From assembly GCA_050290185.1 (NCBI GenBank), contig JBNKHE010000005.1:192001-256000 (forward strand): a stretch of DNA of 64,000 bases. The letters run 5' to 3'. This document shows, piece by piece, positions 10,054-20,672 of this stretch. Below the pieces are notes generated by a model. That model saw only the letters and a program-made list of their open reading frames with translations. It was not told the origin of the DNA and made no database searches. This stretch comes from Pontiella sp. (GTDB lineage: Bacteria > Verrucomicrobiota > Kiritimatiellia > Kiritimatiellales > Pontiellaceae). How positions within the stretch are numbered: the stretch's first letter is position 1; each line of letters starts with the position of its first letter. The position numbers and the translations under genes are program-made.

Positions 10054-10787
10054 ATGAGCGAGTTACACTGGCTTAAAATAAAAAAATGCCTATGGAACGG
10101 AATCGCTTTTGTTGCGGCAGCCGTTGTGCTGACGGGCACTTGCGCCTACGGCGAGTCGCGGATATGGACCAGCGCTTCCGGTAAAACCATCGAAGGCGAA
10201 TATCTTTCAAAAGCCTTCGATACCGTATATATATAAAGGATGCCGAAGGCAATGAGATCAAGCTTCCGTTTGAGATGCTCTCCAGAGAGGATCAGTGCTA
10301 TGTCGAGCTCGCCAATCCACCCACCCTCAAAGTGGATTTTCTCGTGTCGGAGAAGCAGGTTTTCTACAAGCCATCACCGCTCTGGGCCGACAACAGCCCC
10401 ATTGCCATCCTAGATTACTGCTTTGGGGCGCGCGTCAAACAGGTAAGCACGACTGATTACCCCCATGAGCTTACCGTCGAAGGGTATGAGTTTTCCCAAC
10501 AGGTCTGGGAGATGGACAACTACCGACTCATCTTCAAGTTTAAGAGCAAGCCGTTCATCCTTACGAAAAAGAAAAACGAATTCGAGTATCAGCATCCTAC
10601 CACCGTGCGTCTCTACAAGATTACGATCGACCAGGTCACAGGCGCCGCGCTCCCCCGTGGCCAGAAGTTTGCGAACAGTCTGGTTATCGTGCGGGACGAA
10701 CGCGGGCAGGTTGTTGCCTACCGGTCTACCGCCAAATGGCTGTACACGTATCTGGAGCGACTTGAAAAGCTTCCGGTAGGAGCCTGA
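10054..10787 (+). pseudogene. exported protein with SHD1-like N-terminal domain, frameshifted at a (TA)5 run
   Basis: Signal-like leader, RIWTSASGKTIEGEY; removing one TA from 10226-10235 joins it in frame to ORF 10275-10787 (VYIKDAEGNEIKLPFEMLSREDQ). Confidence 0.65.
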
Positions 10788-10956
10788 TTGAATAATAAAT
10801 GCGTTCGGATTCATCCTGCCAGCCCGCCCCCCTACAGACTCGGTTATATGCCGTCGGAATATTGATTCATGCCGAGGAATCCCTCCTTCAGCAGCTCAAT
10901 TATTGAGCCGCGCCGGATTTCATAGACTTCCCAGTAATCCACATATTAAAACGCGA

Positions 10957-11784
10957 TTAATTTGCCCGTGTGATCTGAAACATGCAGATGCTACCGGCGA
11001 TGGCGGCGTTGAGGGATTCGCATTCTTTAGCGAGGGGGATGGTGATTTTCTTTGTGGCAAGCTGCATTAGTTCCCTGCAGATACCATGGGCTTCAGAGCC
11101 AATGACGAGGATGGTTTTTTTGCCGAAGATCGTTTCGTAGAGACCGTCACCATCGTGGCCTGTGGTGGCACAGATGTCGTAGCCATGTTCCCGCAGTTCG
11201 CTGATTTCCACATCACCAACATTCCATATGTTGATAAAGGCAAAGGTACCCATGGTGGAGCGGATTACTTTTGGATTAAACGGTTCCACGCAGTCGCCAT
11301 AGAGCAGGATGCCGTCGAAGCCGGCGCCGACAGCCGAGCGAATCAGTGTGCCGAGATTGCCGGGATCGCGCAGGTTGTCGAGCAGCAGATAGCGGCCAGT
11401 GTCGGGATAGAACTCGAAGGGGCAGGGCGTGTGGCGAACGACGCCAAGAATGCCCTGGGCGTTTTTGACATCAGAGATCTTTTCAAAGATATGGTCGGGC
11501 AGAACAACAAGATCCAATCCCTCAGATCCGCCGGACGAGGACTCCCGGCCTATATCGTCTGTAGACGGTGACACCGACCGAAGGCGCGAATCGTTGCTCC
11601 AATCAGGAGAGACAACCAGTGTTTCGAGCGTATATTGCCGGCTTTCATGACGAAGCAGGGTATCGATTCCTCGCCACCCTTCGATCAGAAAGGTGCCGCT
11701 TTCTTGACGCGCTTTCTTGGAGGTGGCCAGCGCACGCAGCTGTTTGACGAAGGGGTTGGTGGCCGAGGTGATTTCGCGAATCAT
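10957..11784 (-). CDS. TrmH/SpoU-family RNA methyltransferase
   Basis: ITSATNP, FLIEG, DPGNLGTLIRSA, IGSEAHG, ESLNAAIA. Confidence 0.92.
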   Translation of the reverse strand: MIREITSATNPFVKQLRALATSKKARQESGTFLIEGWRGIDTLLRHESRQYTLETLVVSPDWSNDSRLRSVSPSTDDIGRESSSGGSEGLDLVVLPDHIFEKISDVKNAQGILGVVRHTPCPFEFYPDTGRYLLLDNLRDPGNLGTLIRSAVGAGFDGILLYGDCVEPFNPKVIRSTMGTFAFINIWNVGDVEISELREHGYDICATTGHDGDGLYETIFGKKTILVIGSEAHGICRELMQLATKKITIPLAKECESLNAAIAGSICMFQITRAN

Positions 11785-11880
11785 GTATAACTCCATCGGA
11801 TTGGGTAAACTTGATGATGTCGAGGGCTTGGAAATTAGCCGAGGGACAATTAGCATGGCGAGAATTTAACGGAAGAAACC

Positions 11881-12816
11881 ATGATCGATGATGTCCTGTT
11901 GACCCGCCTGCCCGAATCCGCCGTTGTGGTGCCGAATGCTTTCCTGCGCAACTATACCACGTTCAATCTGGGAGGTGCCTGTCCCGCGTTGATTCAATGT
12001 CCAACCGCTGCGGTCTTGTCGGAAACCGCCGCTGTGCTGCTGCATGAAGCAATCGAATTCATTGTGATCGGTCAAGGCTCCAACCTGTTGGTATCAGACG
12101 AGGGCATTCGCAGGGTGGTGCTACGCTATTGTGCCGAAGAGCATCCACAAATTGCCTTTGATGGATGTCGTGTATCTGTATCCGGGAATACCCTGCTTGA
12201 CGATTTGGCGCGCCTTACGATCGATCAAGGGGTGGGGGATGTTTCCTTCTGCAGCGGCATACCGGGAACCGTGGGGGGAGCGATTGCCGGGAATGCCGGC
12301 GCTTTCGGACGGCAGATTGGCGATGTGGTCAAATCGGTTAGGTTGATGGAGCTGGATGGATCGATCAGAGAGGTCAATTCCGACGAACTGATCTTCGAGT
12401 ATCGCTCATCTATGCTGAAGCAAACCGGTGCTGTAGTCCTCGATGCCGAGCTGAAACTGAAACCCTGTGATCGCGAAACCATGCTGAAGGAGCGCGAACG
12501 GATTCTGGAGCTTCGCAACGTAAAGCATCCGGACTGGAAAACGACACCGTGTGCGGGAAGTGTGTTTCGTAATATCGAACCGACCTCTGCGGCGGAGCGG
12601 CGGCAGGCGGCCGGCTGGTTTTTGGAGCAGGCGGGCGCCAAGGGTTTCCATGTCGGAGGAGCTCGTCTTTTCGAGAAACACGCGAATATCATTATTGCCG
12701 GTCCGGAGGCGACCGCTTCCGATGTTTTAAAGCTCTCGGAAAAGATGATTGCAGCAGTCAGGGATAAATTTGGTTTTGAACTGGTTCGGGAGATCAAGCT
12801 GCTGGGAAATTTTTAA
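11881..12816 (+). CDS. murB: UDP-N-acetylenolpyruvoylglucosamine reductase
   Basis: TTFNLGG, GQGSNLLVSD, GIPGTVGGAIAGNAGA, CAGSVFRN, KHANII. Confidence 0.92.
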   Translation: MIDDVLLTRLPESAVVVPNAFLRNYTTFNLGGACPALIQCPTAAVLSETAAVLLHEAIEFIVIGQGSNLLVSDEGIRRVVLRYCAEEHPQIAFDGCRVSVSGNTLLDDLARLTIDQGVGDVSFCSGIPGTVGGAIAGNAGAFGRQIGDVVKSVRLMELDGSIREVNSDELIFEYRSSMLKQTGAVVLDAELKLKPCDRETMLKERERILELRNVKHPDWKTTPCAGSVFRNIEPTSAAERRQAAGWFLEQAGAKGFHVGGARLFEKHANIIIAGPEATASDVLKLSEKMIAAVRDKFGFELVREIKLLGNF

Positions 12817-12947
12817 ACCGTAGAAGACTCGGAACCGAAACGCCGGAATTTTTAAACGAAAACCGCAACGCTCGCAAAGCAGGTCTTTTTTCCGTCCGTT
12901 GCGATCTTGGTATCAATCCATGAGACAGCCTTGTATGGAGGTGAATA

Positions 12948-13901
12948 ATGGAAAAAATACGCATAGGGGTTAGCTCCTGTCTGTTGGGCGAGAAGGTACG
13001 CTACGACGGTCAACACAAGCACGACAGCTATATTACGGGCATTCTGTCGCAGTGGTTCGAGTTTGTGCCGGTCTGCCCTGAATTCGAACTGGGGCTGGGA
13101 GTGCCGCGCGAACCGATGCGTCTGGAGGGCGATTTCGAAAAGCCCAGACTGATGACAAGCAAAACCCGTCGAGACCTCACCGACGCAATGCAGACCTGGT
13201 GCGACAAGCGGGTTCAGGCGCTGGAACTGGAAAACCTGTGCGGTTTTATCTTCAAGAGCAAATCGCCGAGCAGCGGCATGGAGCGGGTGAAGGTCTATCC
13301 GTCCGACGGTGGAATGGCAGCTAATAAAGGCCGGGGTCTTTTTGCCGCCGCTTTCATGGATCATTTTCCCAACCTGCCGGTGGAAGAGGAGGGGCGGTTG
13401 CATGATCCGGCGCTCCGGGAAAACTTTATCGAATGTATTTTTACCCTGAAGCGTTGGCGGGAAATGCTGACCAACGAGTCCACGCGGCGTGGATTGGTGA
13501 AGTTTCACGAGCAGCACAAATACATCCTCATGGCCCACAGCAATCCCTCGTATCGCGAACTGGGCCGGATTGTTTCCGATATGAAGGGGCACCGGCTTGG
13601 ACAGGTTCAGGAGGACTATCACGCGCGGCTGATGCAGGCCCTGAAACTGCGGGCCACCGTAAAAAAGCATGTGAATGTACTGCAGCACATGGCCGGTTAC
13701 TTCAAGAAACAGCTGGATGCGGATGAGAAGCAGGAACTGCAGGATGTCATCGGGAATTATGCGCGCTGCCATGTTCCGCTTATCGTGCCTGTGACCATCA
13801 TCAACCACTACGTACGCAAGTATAAGGAACCGTATTTGAAGAACCAACATTACCTAAAACCGCATCCCATTGAACTTCAGTTGCGCAACCATGTCTATTG
13901 A
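12948..13901 (+). CDS. DUF523/DUF1722 (YbgA-like) protein
   Basis: IGVSSCLLGEKVRYDG, VCPE, KSKSPSSG, EEEGRL, NVLQHMAGYFK. Confidence 0.9.
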   Translation: MEKIRIGVSSCLLGEKVRYDGQHKHDSYITGILSQWFEFVPVCPEFELGLGVPREPMRLEGDFEKPRLMTSKTRRDLTDAMQTWCDKRVQALELENLCGFIFKSKSPSSGMERVKVYPSDGGMAANKGRGLFAAAFMDHFPNLPVEEEGRLHDPALRENFIECIFTLKRWREMLTNESTRRGLVKFHEQHKYILMAHSNPSYRELGRIVSDMKGHRLGQVQEDYHARLMQALKLRATVKKHVNVLQHMAGYFKKQLDADEKQELQDVIGNYARCHVPLIVPVTIINHYVRKYKEPYLKNQHYLKPHPIELQLRNHVY

Positions 13902-13967
13902 ACCACGACAACGGAGTGCTGGGCTTGATGGTTGATTTGCCCGGATACCTCAATTAGACTTTTGGTG

Positions 13968-15074
13968 ATGGCACACGAAGCAAACATCCAAGGATCCGGC
14001 GATGCCCTTCCAGAGCGACGGAGGAGGGCCAGGGAAGTGCGGCCATTGACGACGGACGAACGGGCGTCGTTTGTCATTCTGGCGCTATACATGACCGCAT
14101 TCTGTATCGCAACCTTCGTCTACTGGGACTCGATGGTGCTGATGATTCTTGGGGCTACGGTCGCCTCGGCGGGGCTCTTTCTTTTTTTTGCAGCCTTTTT
14201 CAACACGGAGGCCCCGGAGCAAAGCAATTCAATACACCCATTGCGTTCGTACCTGATCAGTTTTTTCCTGGTGCTGCTTACCCTTTTTCTACTTCGGTTT
14301 ATCGGAGGACTGATCACCAACTTCATCCTATCGGTCGCGGTGACGTATATTGGATTGCTGGCGGCCCTGATTATCTTTCGCAAAGCCATGGTGCAGGTGA
14401 GTTCGGCCATGCTGGCCCTGGTATTTCTTTTTGTAACCTTTCATAATCTGAACGATATTCTCGCCAAACAAATGGGTTTCAGGGATGCAATCCAGCAATG
14501 CGGGCATGCCATTTTTCAAATCGGGCCCATTCAGGATGTCGCCAATATGCTGCTCGCCGGATCCTATGTGACATACCTGAACCGCATAGACTATCGGAAT
14601 GAACAGATCAACAACCTGGCCGCAAAGAAAGTGGCCTTGCAAAATGACGATGACCGGCGCAAAGCCACCGTCCTGCTCAAATTTGTGAGCAATGAAATTC
14701 ACTATGTGTCCGACCCGGACGATGGGTTTGAATATGCCAAGAATCCCATAGACACCCTGATTGCAGGCGCAGGGGATTGCGAGGATCAGGCCCTGCTTCT
14801 CTGTTCCTTGCTGGAGTCGGTCGGTGTCAAAACCTACATGGCGTTTACCGATGATCATGTCTTTATTCTGGTCCGGTTGTCCAAGCCCTATCCCGACCTC
14901 AAGGTTACCCCCTATGTATACATCGATGACTCGCCCTGCTATGCGCTCGACCCGGCCGATCCGCAGGCGGTCTTCGGAGTTTCCCTGGCATTGCCGCCCC
15001 AGATCAAGCGGATCTTTGACGTGCGTAAAAAAACACTGACGCATTTTTCCGCTATAACGGATGAACAAGAGTGA
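13968..15074 (+). CDS. membrane protein with C-terminal transglutaminase-like domain
   Basis: Several N-terminal hydrophobic segments; YVSDP...AGDCEDQALLLCSLL...DHVF...LDP (Cys-His-Asp). Confidence 0.8.
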   Translation: MAHEANIQGSGDALPERRRRAREVRPLTTDERASFVILALYMTAFCIATFVYWDSMVLMILGATVASAGLFLFFAAFFNTEAPEQSNSIHPLRSYLISFFLVLLTLFLLRFIGGLITNFILSVAVTYIGLLAALIIFRKAMVQVSSAMLALVFLFVTFHNLNDILAKQMGFRDAIQQCGHAIFQIGPIQDVANMLLAGSYVTYLNRIDYRNEQINNLAAKKVALQNDDDRRKATVLLKFVSNEIHYVSDPDDGFEYAKNPIDTLIAGAGDCEDQALLLCSLLESVGVKTYMAFTDDHVFILVRLSKPYPDLKVTPYVYIDDSPCYALDPADPQAVFGVSLALPPQIKRIFDVRKKTLTHFSAITDEQE

Positions 15075-15146
15075 CTTGGCGCTCCCGAGCGCTTTGCTTG
15101 TGCTTCAGGAGCTGTTACATTACCTGCATTGATATAGGAGAAAGCC

Positions 15147-15398
15147 ATGCCGATACGTGAATATGCCGCCACCGATGTTAAGAACTGCTGCGATCATTGC
15201 AGAAACGGTTTCGAGCATGTGGAGTCGATTGATGCAGCGGCCCTTAAAACCTGCCCGCGTTGCGGTGGAAAGGTGGAACGGCAGATGTCCGCGCCAAGCA
15301 TCGGGCGCTCGGAAAGCGGATTACATGACCGGGCCAAAAGTGCCGGCTTTACCACCTACAAGAAATTGAGCAAGGGTGAGTACGAAAAAAAGTATTAG
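15147..15398 (+). CDS. FmdB-family zinc-ribbon protein
   Basis: MPIREY...CDHC...FE...CPRCGG.VERQMSAP. Confidence 0.85.
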   Translation: MPIREYAATDVKNCCDHCRNGFEHVESIDAAALKTCPRCGGKVERQMSAPSIGRSESGLHDRAKSAGFTTYKKLSKGEYEKKY

Positions 15399-15406
15399 CG
15401 GATTGA

Positions 15407-17563
15407 ATGGACAAGCTGGACGGTCAGATTGAGCGGGTCGTTTTCCGGAATGAGGAAAACGGCTTTTGCGTATTGCGCGTGAAGGTGCGGGGCCACAAGG
15501 ATCTGGTCACCGTTACCGGCACAACCCCCACCATCAGCGCCGGCGAATGGCTGGCCGCCGACGGCGAGTGGCTGATGGACCCGCGCCACGGACGCCAGTT
15601 CAAGGCGGATAAGATGCGCATGTCGCAACCCGACACCATGGACGGCATCGAAAAATATCTGGCCTCCGGCATGGTCAAAGGTATCGGCAAGGAATATGCA
15701 AAGCGTCTGGTCAAAACCTTCGGACGCGAGGTATTCGACGTTATCGAAAACTCTTCCGGAAAGCTCCTGAAAGTCGAAGGTATCGGTCGGCAGCGGAAGG
15801 ATAATATAAAAAAGGCATGGGACGAACAGAAAAACGTCAGAACCATCATGTCGTTCCTCTTCAGCCACGGAATCAGCACCACGCGCGCGTTCCGCATCCA
15901 CAAGATCTATGGCGATAAGGCCATTGAATTGGTTCAACGCGATCCCTATTGCTTGGCGCGCGACATCCGCGGTATCGGGTTCGTGATTGCCGATCAGATT
16001 GCCATGAAGCTCGGTATCGCAAAAGACTCGGATCTGCGGGCCCGGGCTGGACTGGAATACATGCTGGGCGAACTGACGGCCAGCGGGCATTGTGCGTACG
16101 TTCGCAATGACTTGCTATCACGCACAGCCGAGTTGCTGGACATCGATCTGGCGATCATCGAGCGCGCGTTGAACCATTCCATTGAAAACGATCGGTTGAT
16201 TCTGCGGACGGATTTTCAGGGCAGGGATCTGGTCTACCTGCCCAAACTTTATTTTTCGGAAATCGAACTGGCTAAGAAACTGAAGATCCTTTCCGAGGAA
16301 CGCCATCCATGTCCAGCCATCGATTTCCAGAAAGCGCTGGAGTGGGTACAGAACAAGTCAGGAATTGCCCTGGCCACCGCACAGCGGGAAGCGCTTAAAA
16401 CAGCCATCGAATCCAAGGTGATGGTCATCACCGGCGGGCCGGGTGTGGGCAAAACCACGCTGGTCAATTCGGTACTGATGGTACTGAAAGCCAAGAAGAT
16501 GCGGGTTGCCCTGTGTGCGCCGACAGGCCGGGCAGCCAAACGGATGGCGGAAACCACCGGCATGGAGGCAAAAACCATACATCGCCTGCTTCAATACAAT
16601 CCCGGCACCGGCGGTTTTGTCCATAAAAGCGATAATCCGTTGGAATGCGATGTGCTGATCGTGGATGAATCCAGCATGATCGATATCGTGTTGGCCTCGC
16701 AGTTGATCGACGCGGTTCCATTGCATGCCGCCGTCGTGATTGTGGGCGATGCGGACCAGTTGCCATCCGTTGGTCCCGGCCGCGTACTGCAGGATATCAT
16801 TCGTTCGAAAACAATTCCTGTCGGCCATTTGAGTGAGGTTTTTCGTCAGGCGTCCTCCAGCCGCATCATTACCAATGCACACCGGATCAATCAGGGGCAG
16901 ATGCCTGAATTCCCGGACGACGGGGAAACCAGCGATTGCTATTTCGTTGAAGCCGAAGATCCGGAAAAAGCCCTCCAGCTCATCGGGAAAATGATCAAGC
17001 AGTCAATTCCCGAAAAGTTCCGGTTTGACCCGAAAACCGACATCCAGATCCTGACGCCCATGCAAAAAGGGGAACTTGGCGCCCGCAATCTGAACCAGAC
17101 ACTCCAGCAACTGCTTAATCCAAACGGTAGCGAGGTTGAACGGTTCGGCGTGGTATACAGGGAGGGCGACAAGGTCATGCAGACCGAAAACGACTATGAC
17201 AAGGATGTTTACAACGGAGATATCGGGCGCATTGCCCGCGTTGACACGGAGGCGTGCGAACTGGCGGTGGATTATGATGGGCGCATCGTGATCTACGATT
17301 TCCGGGAGCTGGATGAACTAGTGCTCTCCTACGCCATTACCATTCACAAGAGCCAGGGCAGCGAATATCCCTGTATCGTCATCCCTCTGCATACCCAGCA
17401 CTTTGTACTGCTGCAGCGAAGCCTCATCTATACGGCGATTACCCGCGCCAGACAACTGGTGATTGTGGTCGGCACCAAGAAGGCACTCAATCTGGCCGTT
17501 ACCCGGTCCGAATCGCGCGAGCGTGTCACCACGTTGGCCGAACGCCTCAGGGAATATTCATGA
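15407..17563 (+). CDS. recD2: ATP-dependent RecD2-like DNA helicase
   Basis: N-terminal OB/HhH region, TGGPGVGKTT, APTGRAAKR, VDESSM, GDADQLPSVGPG, YAITIHKSQGSEY. Confidence 0.93.
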   Translation: MDKLDGQIERVVFRNEENGFCVLRVKVRGHKDLVTVTGTTPTISAGEWLAADGEWLMDPRHGRQFKADKMRMSQPDTMDGIEKYLASGMVKGIGKEYAKRLVKTFGREVFDVIENSSGKLLKVEGIGRQRKDNIKKAWDEQKNVRTIMSFLFSHGISTTRAFRIHKIYGDKAIELVQRDPYCLARDIRGIGFVIADQIAMKLGIAKDSDLRARAGLEYMLGELTASGHCAYVRNDLLSRTAELLDIDLAIIERALNHSIENDRLILRTDFQGRDLVYLPKLYFSEIELAKKLKILSEERHPCPAIDFQKALEWVQNKSGIALATAQREALKTAIESKVMVITGGPGVGKTTLVNSVLMVLKAKKMRVALCAPTGRAAKRMAETTGMEAKTIHRLLQYNPGTGGFVHKSDNPLECDVLIVDESSMIDIVLASQLIDAVPLHAAVVIVGDADQLPSVGPGRVLQDIIRSKTIPVGHLSEVFRQASSSRIITNAHRINQGQMPEFPDDGETSDCYFVEAEDPEKALQLIGKMIKQSIPEKFRFDPKTDIQILTPMQKGELGARNLNQTLQQLLNPNGSEVERFGVVYREGDKVMQTENDYDKDVYNGDIGRIARVDTEACELAVDYDGRIVIYDFRELDELVLSYAITIHKSQGSEYPCIVIPLHTQHFVLLQRSLIYTAITRARQLVIVVGTKKALNLAVTRSESRERVTTLAERLREYS

Positions 17564-17564
17564 C

Positions 17565-17598
17565 AAAAAAAAGCGCCCTCTATAAGAAGGCGCTTTTT
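17565..17598. terminator. bidirectional intrinsic terminator between convergent recD2 and glgP
   Basis: A-run, GCGCC...GGCGC stem, T-run. Confidence 0.7.
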
Positions 17599-17619
17599 AC
17601 AGGAATCCTATTCCTTCTT

Positions 17620-20088
17620 CTATTCTTCAGGCATGTCAACGGAACAAGGCTCCAGATGCCAAATATCATCGCAGTAGTCCTGAATCGACCGGTCTGACGA
17701 GAACCACCCCATACGAGCAACATTGAGAATGGCCTTTTCTGCCCACTTTGAGGACGTGGAATACAGTTTGTCTACTTCGTCATTGCACTTCACATAGTCG
17801 GCAAAGTCGGCGAGATAGAAGTAGAAGTCGCCATGTTCCGTGAGATCATTGTAGATATCCTTGAATAGATCGGGCATCGAGGGATCGAAGATGTTGTCGC
17901 GGATGGCTTCCAGCACCTTGGTCAGATCCTTGGATTTATCCATGTAGGAGCGCGGGTTGTATCCCTTGCGGCGGAGCTCCTCCAGATCCTCGGTGCGGTT
18001 TCCGAAGATGAAGATGTTATCCTCGCCTACATGCTGTGCAATTTCGACATTTGCGCCGTCCCAGGTACCCACGGTCAGCGCACCGTTGAGGGAAAGCTTC
18101 ATGTTGCCGGTCCCCGAAGCTTCGAGTCCTGCGGTGGAAATCTGCTCGGAAATATCCGCCGCCGGAATGATTTTTTCGGCGAGAGAGACATTGTAGTCCG
18201 GAAGGAAGATTACCTTCAGGCGTCCGGCCACATCAACGTCATGATTGATCACGTCCGCCATCGAGTTAATCAGCTTAATCACCGACTTGGCGATGAGATA
18301 GGCCGGCGCGGCCTTCGCCGCAAAGATGAAGGTACGCGGCTGGATCTTGACCTTCGGGTTTTCCTTTATCTTGTTGTAGAGATAGATGATATGCATCGCT
18401 TTCAACAACTGGCGCTTGTACATATGCAAGCGCTTGATCTGAACATCGAAAATCGAATCAGGACTGACGTTATGCCCGGTAAGGTCAAGGATCGTTTTGC
18501 ATAGTTCGGCCTTATTGGCGCGTTTGATCTCCATAAAGCGCTTCTGGATGCCACGGCTCTTGGCCGATTCCTCAAAGGCCTTCAGCAGCGAGAGATCCTT
18601 TTTCCACTCAACTCCAATCTGCCCGGAGATCAGATCCGTCAGTGCCGGATTAGCCTTGAGCAACCATCGCCGGTGCGTAATGCCGTTGGTGATATTGCAG
18701 AACTTGCCTGGATAGAGTTTGTCGAACTCGGGCATGGTCTTAGTGCGAAGCAATTCGGAATGCAATGCGGATACGCCGTTGACCTTGCTGCTGCCAACCA
18801 CACATAGATTGGCCATGCGAACCTGTTGGTGCGGACCTTCTTCGATCAGAGAAACATTGCGCATCAATTCGCCGGCACCGGGGCTGGAAATTTCCACTTT
18901 TTCCAGGAAGCGGTGGTTGATCTCGTAGATGATCTGCATGTGGCGCGGAAGCACGCGCTGCAACAGGTCGACCGTCCATTTTTCCAGCGCCTCAGCCAGC
19001 AGGGTGTGGTTCGTATAGCAGAAGGTGTTGGACGTAATTTCCCAGGCCTTGTCCCACGGAATCCGTTCTTCGTCGTGGAGCACACGCATCAGTTCTGGAA
19101 TCGCGAGGGTGGGATGGGTGTCGTTGAGCTGAATCACATTTTTTTCAGCAAACCGGGTGAAATCGTTATGGTTCTTCTTGTAGCGGCGGATAATGTCCCG
19201 TACGGAGCAGGATGCGAGGAAGTATTCCTGAATCAGCCGCAACTCCTTGCCGGCATAGGTAAAGTCCGAGGGATAAAGTACCTTGGATACGTTTTCCGCC
19301 CAGTTCTTTTCTTCAACCGCACGGACATAATCGCCTTGGTTGAAAACATCCAGCCGGAAGCCTTCGGCCGCCTGTGATTTCCAAAGTCGGAGCATATTTA
19401 CCGAATTTACGCCATAGCCAATGATCGGCACATCGTAGGGAACAGCTTCGAAGACCTGGAAATCCTCCCAGATATCGGCATCTCCTTTTCCGGGCGCAAA
19501 GTTTTTCTTTACCCGGCCGTATACGCAAACCGGCAATGTGTATTCCGGTCGGATCAATTCCCATGGATAACCGAGCGCAAGCCATTCATCGGGACGTTCA
19601 CACTGCCAGCCGTTATCGAATTCCTGACGAAAAATCCCGTGTTCATAACGGATGCCATAGCCATAGGCCGGCAGCTGCATGGTTGCGAGGGAATCCAGAT
19701 AGCAGGCCGCAAGACGACCGAGGCCGCCATTGCCGAGACCGGCTTCAACATCGAGATCGAGAACCTCTTCGACCGTGGTATCCAGGGCCTTGAGTGCTTC
19801 GGGAACAATCTTTTCTATGCCAAGGGCGTACATGTTGTTCTCGAGCATCTTGCCGATGAGATACTCCATGGACAGATAATTTACACGCCGCACATCCTGT
19901 TCCAGATACTGCTTCTGGGTGGCAATAAATCCGTCGACGGCCATGTCGCGTACAGCATGCGAAAAGCAGCTCATCTTATCGAATGTGGTCGCGGCTCCGA
20001 GATCCTTGCCCCGGCTGTACTTGAGATGAAACAGAGCCCGCTTGCTCAACCGCTCCGCCGTGATGCTATCTTTAAAATGTTTTGACAT
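17620..20088 (-). CDS. glgP: glycogen/starch phosphorylase
   Basis: LGNGGLGRLAAC, QLNDTHP, YTNHT, QIKRLHMYKRQ, EASGTGNMK. Confidence 0.96.
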   Translation of the reverse strand: MSKHFKDSITAERLSKRALFHLKYSRGKDLGAATTFDKMSCFSHAVRDMAVDGFIATQKQYLEQDVRRVNYLSMEYLIGKMLENNMYALGIEKIVPEALKALDTTVEEVLDLDVEAGLGNGGLGRLAACYLDSLATMQLPAYGYGIRYEHGIFRQEFDNGWQCERPDEWLALGYPWELIRPEYTLPVCVYGRVKKNFAPGKGDADIWEDFQVFEAVPYDVPIIGYGVNSVNMLRLWKSQAAEGFRLDVFNQGDYVRAVEEKNWAENVSKVLYPSDFTYAGKELRLIQEYFLASCSVRDIIRRYKKNHNDFTRFAEKNVIQLNDTHPTLAIPELMRVLHDEERIPWDKAWEITSNTFCYTNHTLLAEALEKWTVDLLQRVLPRHMQIIYEINHRFLEKVEISSPGAGELMRNVSLIEEGPHQQVRMANLCVVGSSKVNGVSALHSELLRTKTMPEFDKLYPGKFCNITNGITHRRWLLKANPALTDLISGQIGVEWKKDLSLLKAFEESAKSRGIQKRFMEIKRANKAELCKTILDLTGHNVSPDSIFDVQIKRLHMYKRQLLKAMHIIYLYNKIKENPKVKIQPRTFIFAAKAAPAYLIAKSVIKLINSMADVINHDVDVAGRLKVIFLPDYNVSLAEKIIPAADISEQISTAGLEASGTGNMKLSLNGALTVGTWDGANVEIAQHVGEDNIFIFGNRTEDLEELRRKGYNPRSYMDKSKDLTKVLEAIRDNIFDPSMPDLFKDIYNDLTEHGDFYFYLADFADYVKCNDEVDKLYSTSSKWAEKAILNVARMGWFSSDRSIQDYCDDIWHLEPCSVDMPEE

Positions 20089-20169
20089 ATATTAACCCCA
20101 TTTAAAGTACTGCTTCTCAACTGACCTTTAATTAGCTTAGAGGGTGGGGGGATGCAAGTTCCGTTGGGA

Positions 20170-20667
20170 TTAATTGTAGTTACGCTGTTCAATCGCGAGC
20201 AACAGACGCTTCCAGGCAATCCCGCAGGAGAATCCTCCCGGATTGCCATCGGAACAGATAACGCGATGGCAGGGTATAAAGAGAGGGACAGGATTACGTC
20301 CGCATGCATTTGCGACAGCACGGCATGCAGAGTTGTTTCCCAGCATTTCAGCCAGCTCTTTATAGGAACGTGTTTCTCCATGGGGGATTGTAAGCATTGC
20401 ATTCCAGACGTTCTGCTGAAAGATGGTCCCCCGTAATTTCCCAACAAGAGGACGTTCGGGATTTCCTCCCTCCAACAGTTCCTTAACGTAGCGCGAGAAC
20501 GGGTCGGTTACGGATTCCAAAACACCAAAGGAGTCTCGCGGGACATCGGTTAAATGCGGCAGGCTGCATTCCACCACGCCATCACGATCGTTCACTATCC
20601 GGATGGAACCCCAGCTGGAGAGGACGGTGCACACCTGGCTTTCATCCCTTATGGCGCAGGTGTTCAT
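20170..20667 (-). CDS. ogt: methylated-DNA-protein-cysteine methyltransferase
   Basis: FQQNVW, IPHGETRSY, NPVPLFIPCHRV active site. Confidence 0.9.
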   Translation of the reverse strand: MNTCAIRDESQVCTVLSSWGSIRIVNDRDGVVECSLPHLTDVPRDSFGVLESVTDPFSRYVKELLEGGNPERPLVGKLRGTIFQQNVWNAMLTIPHGETRSYKELAEMLGNNSACRAVANACGRNPVPLFIPCHRVICSDGNPGGFSCGIAWKRLLLAIEQRNYN

Positions 20668-20672
20668 CGTGA

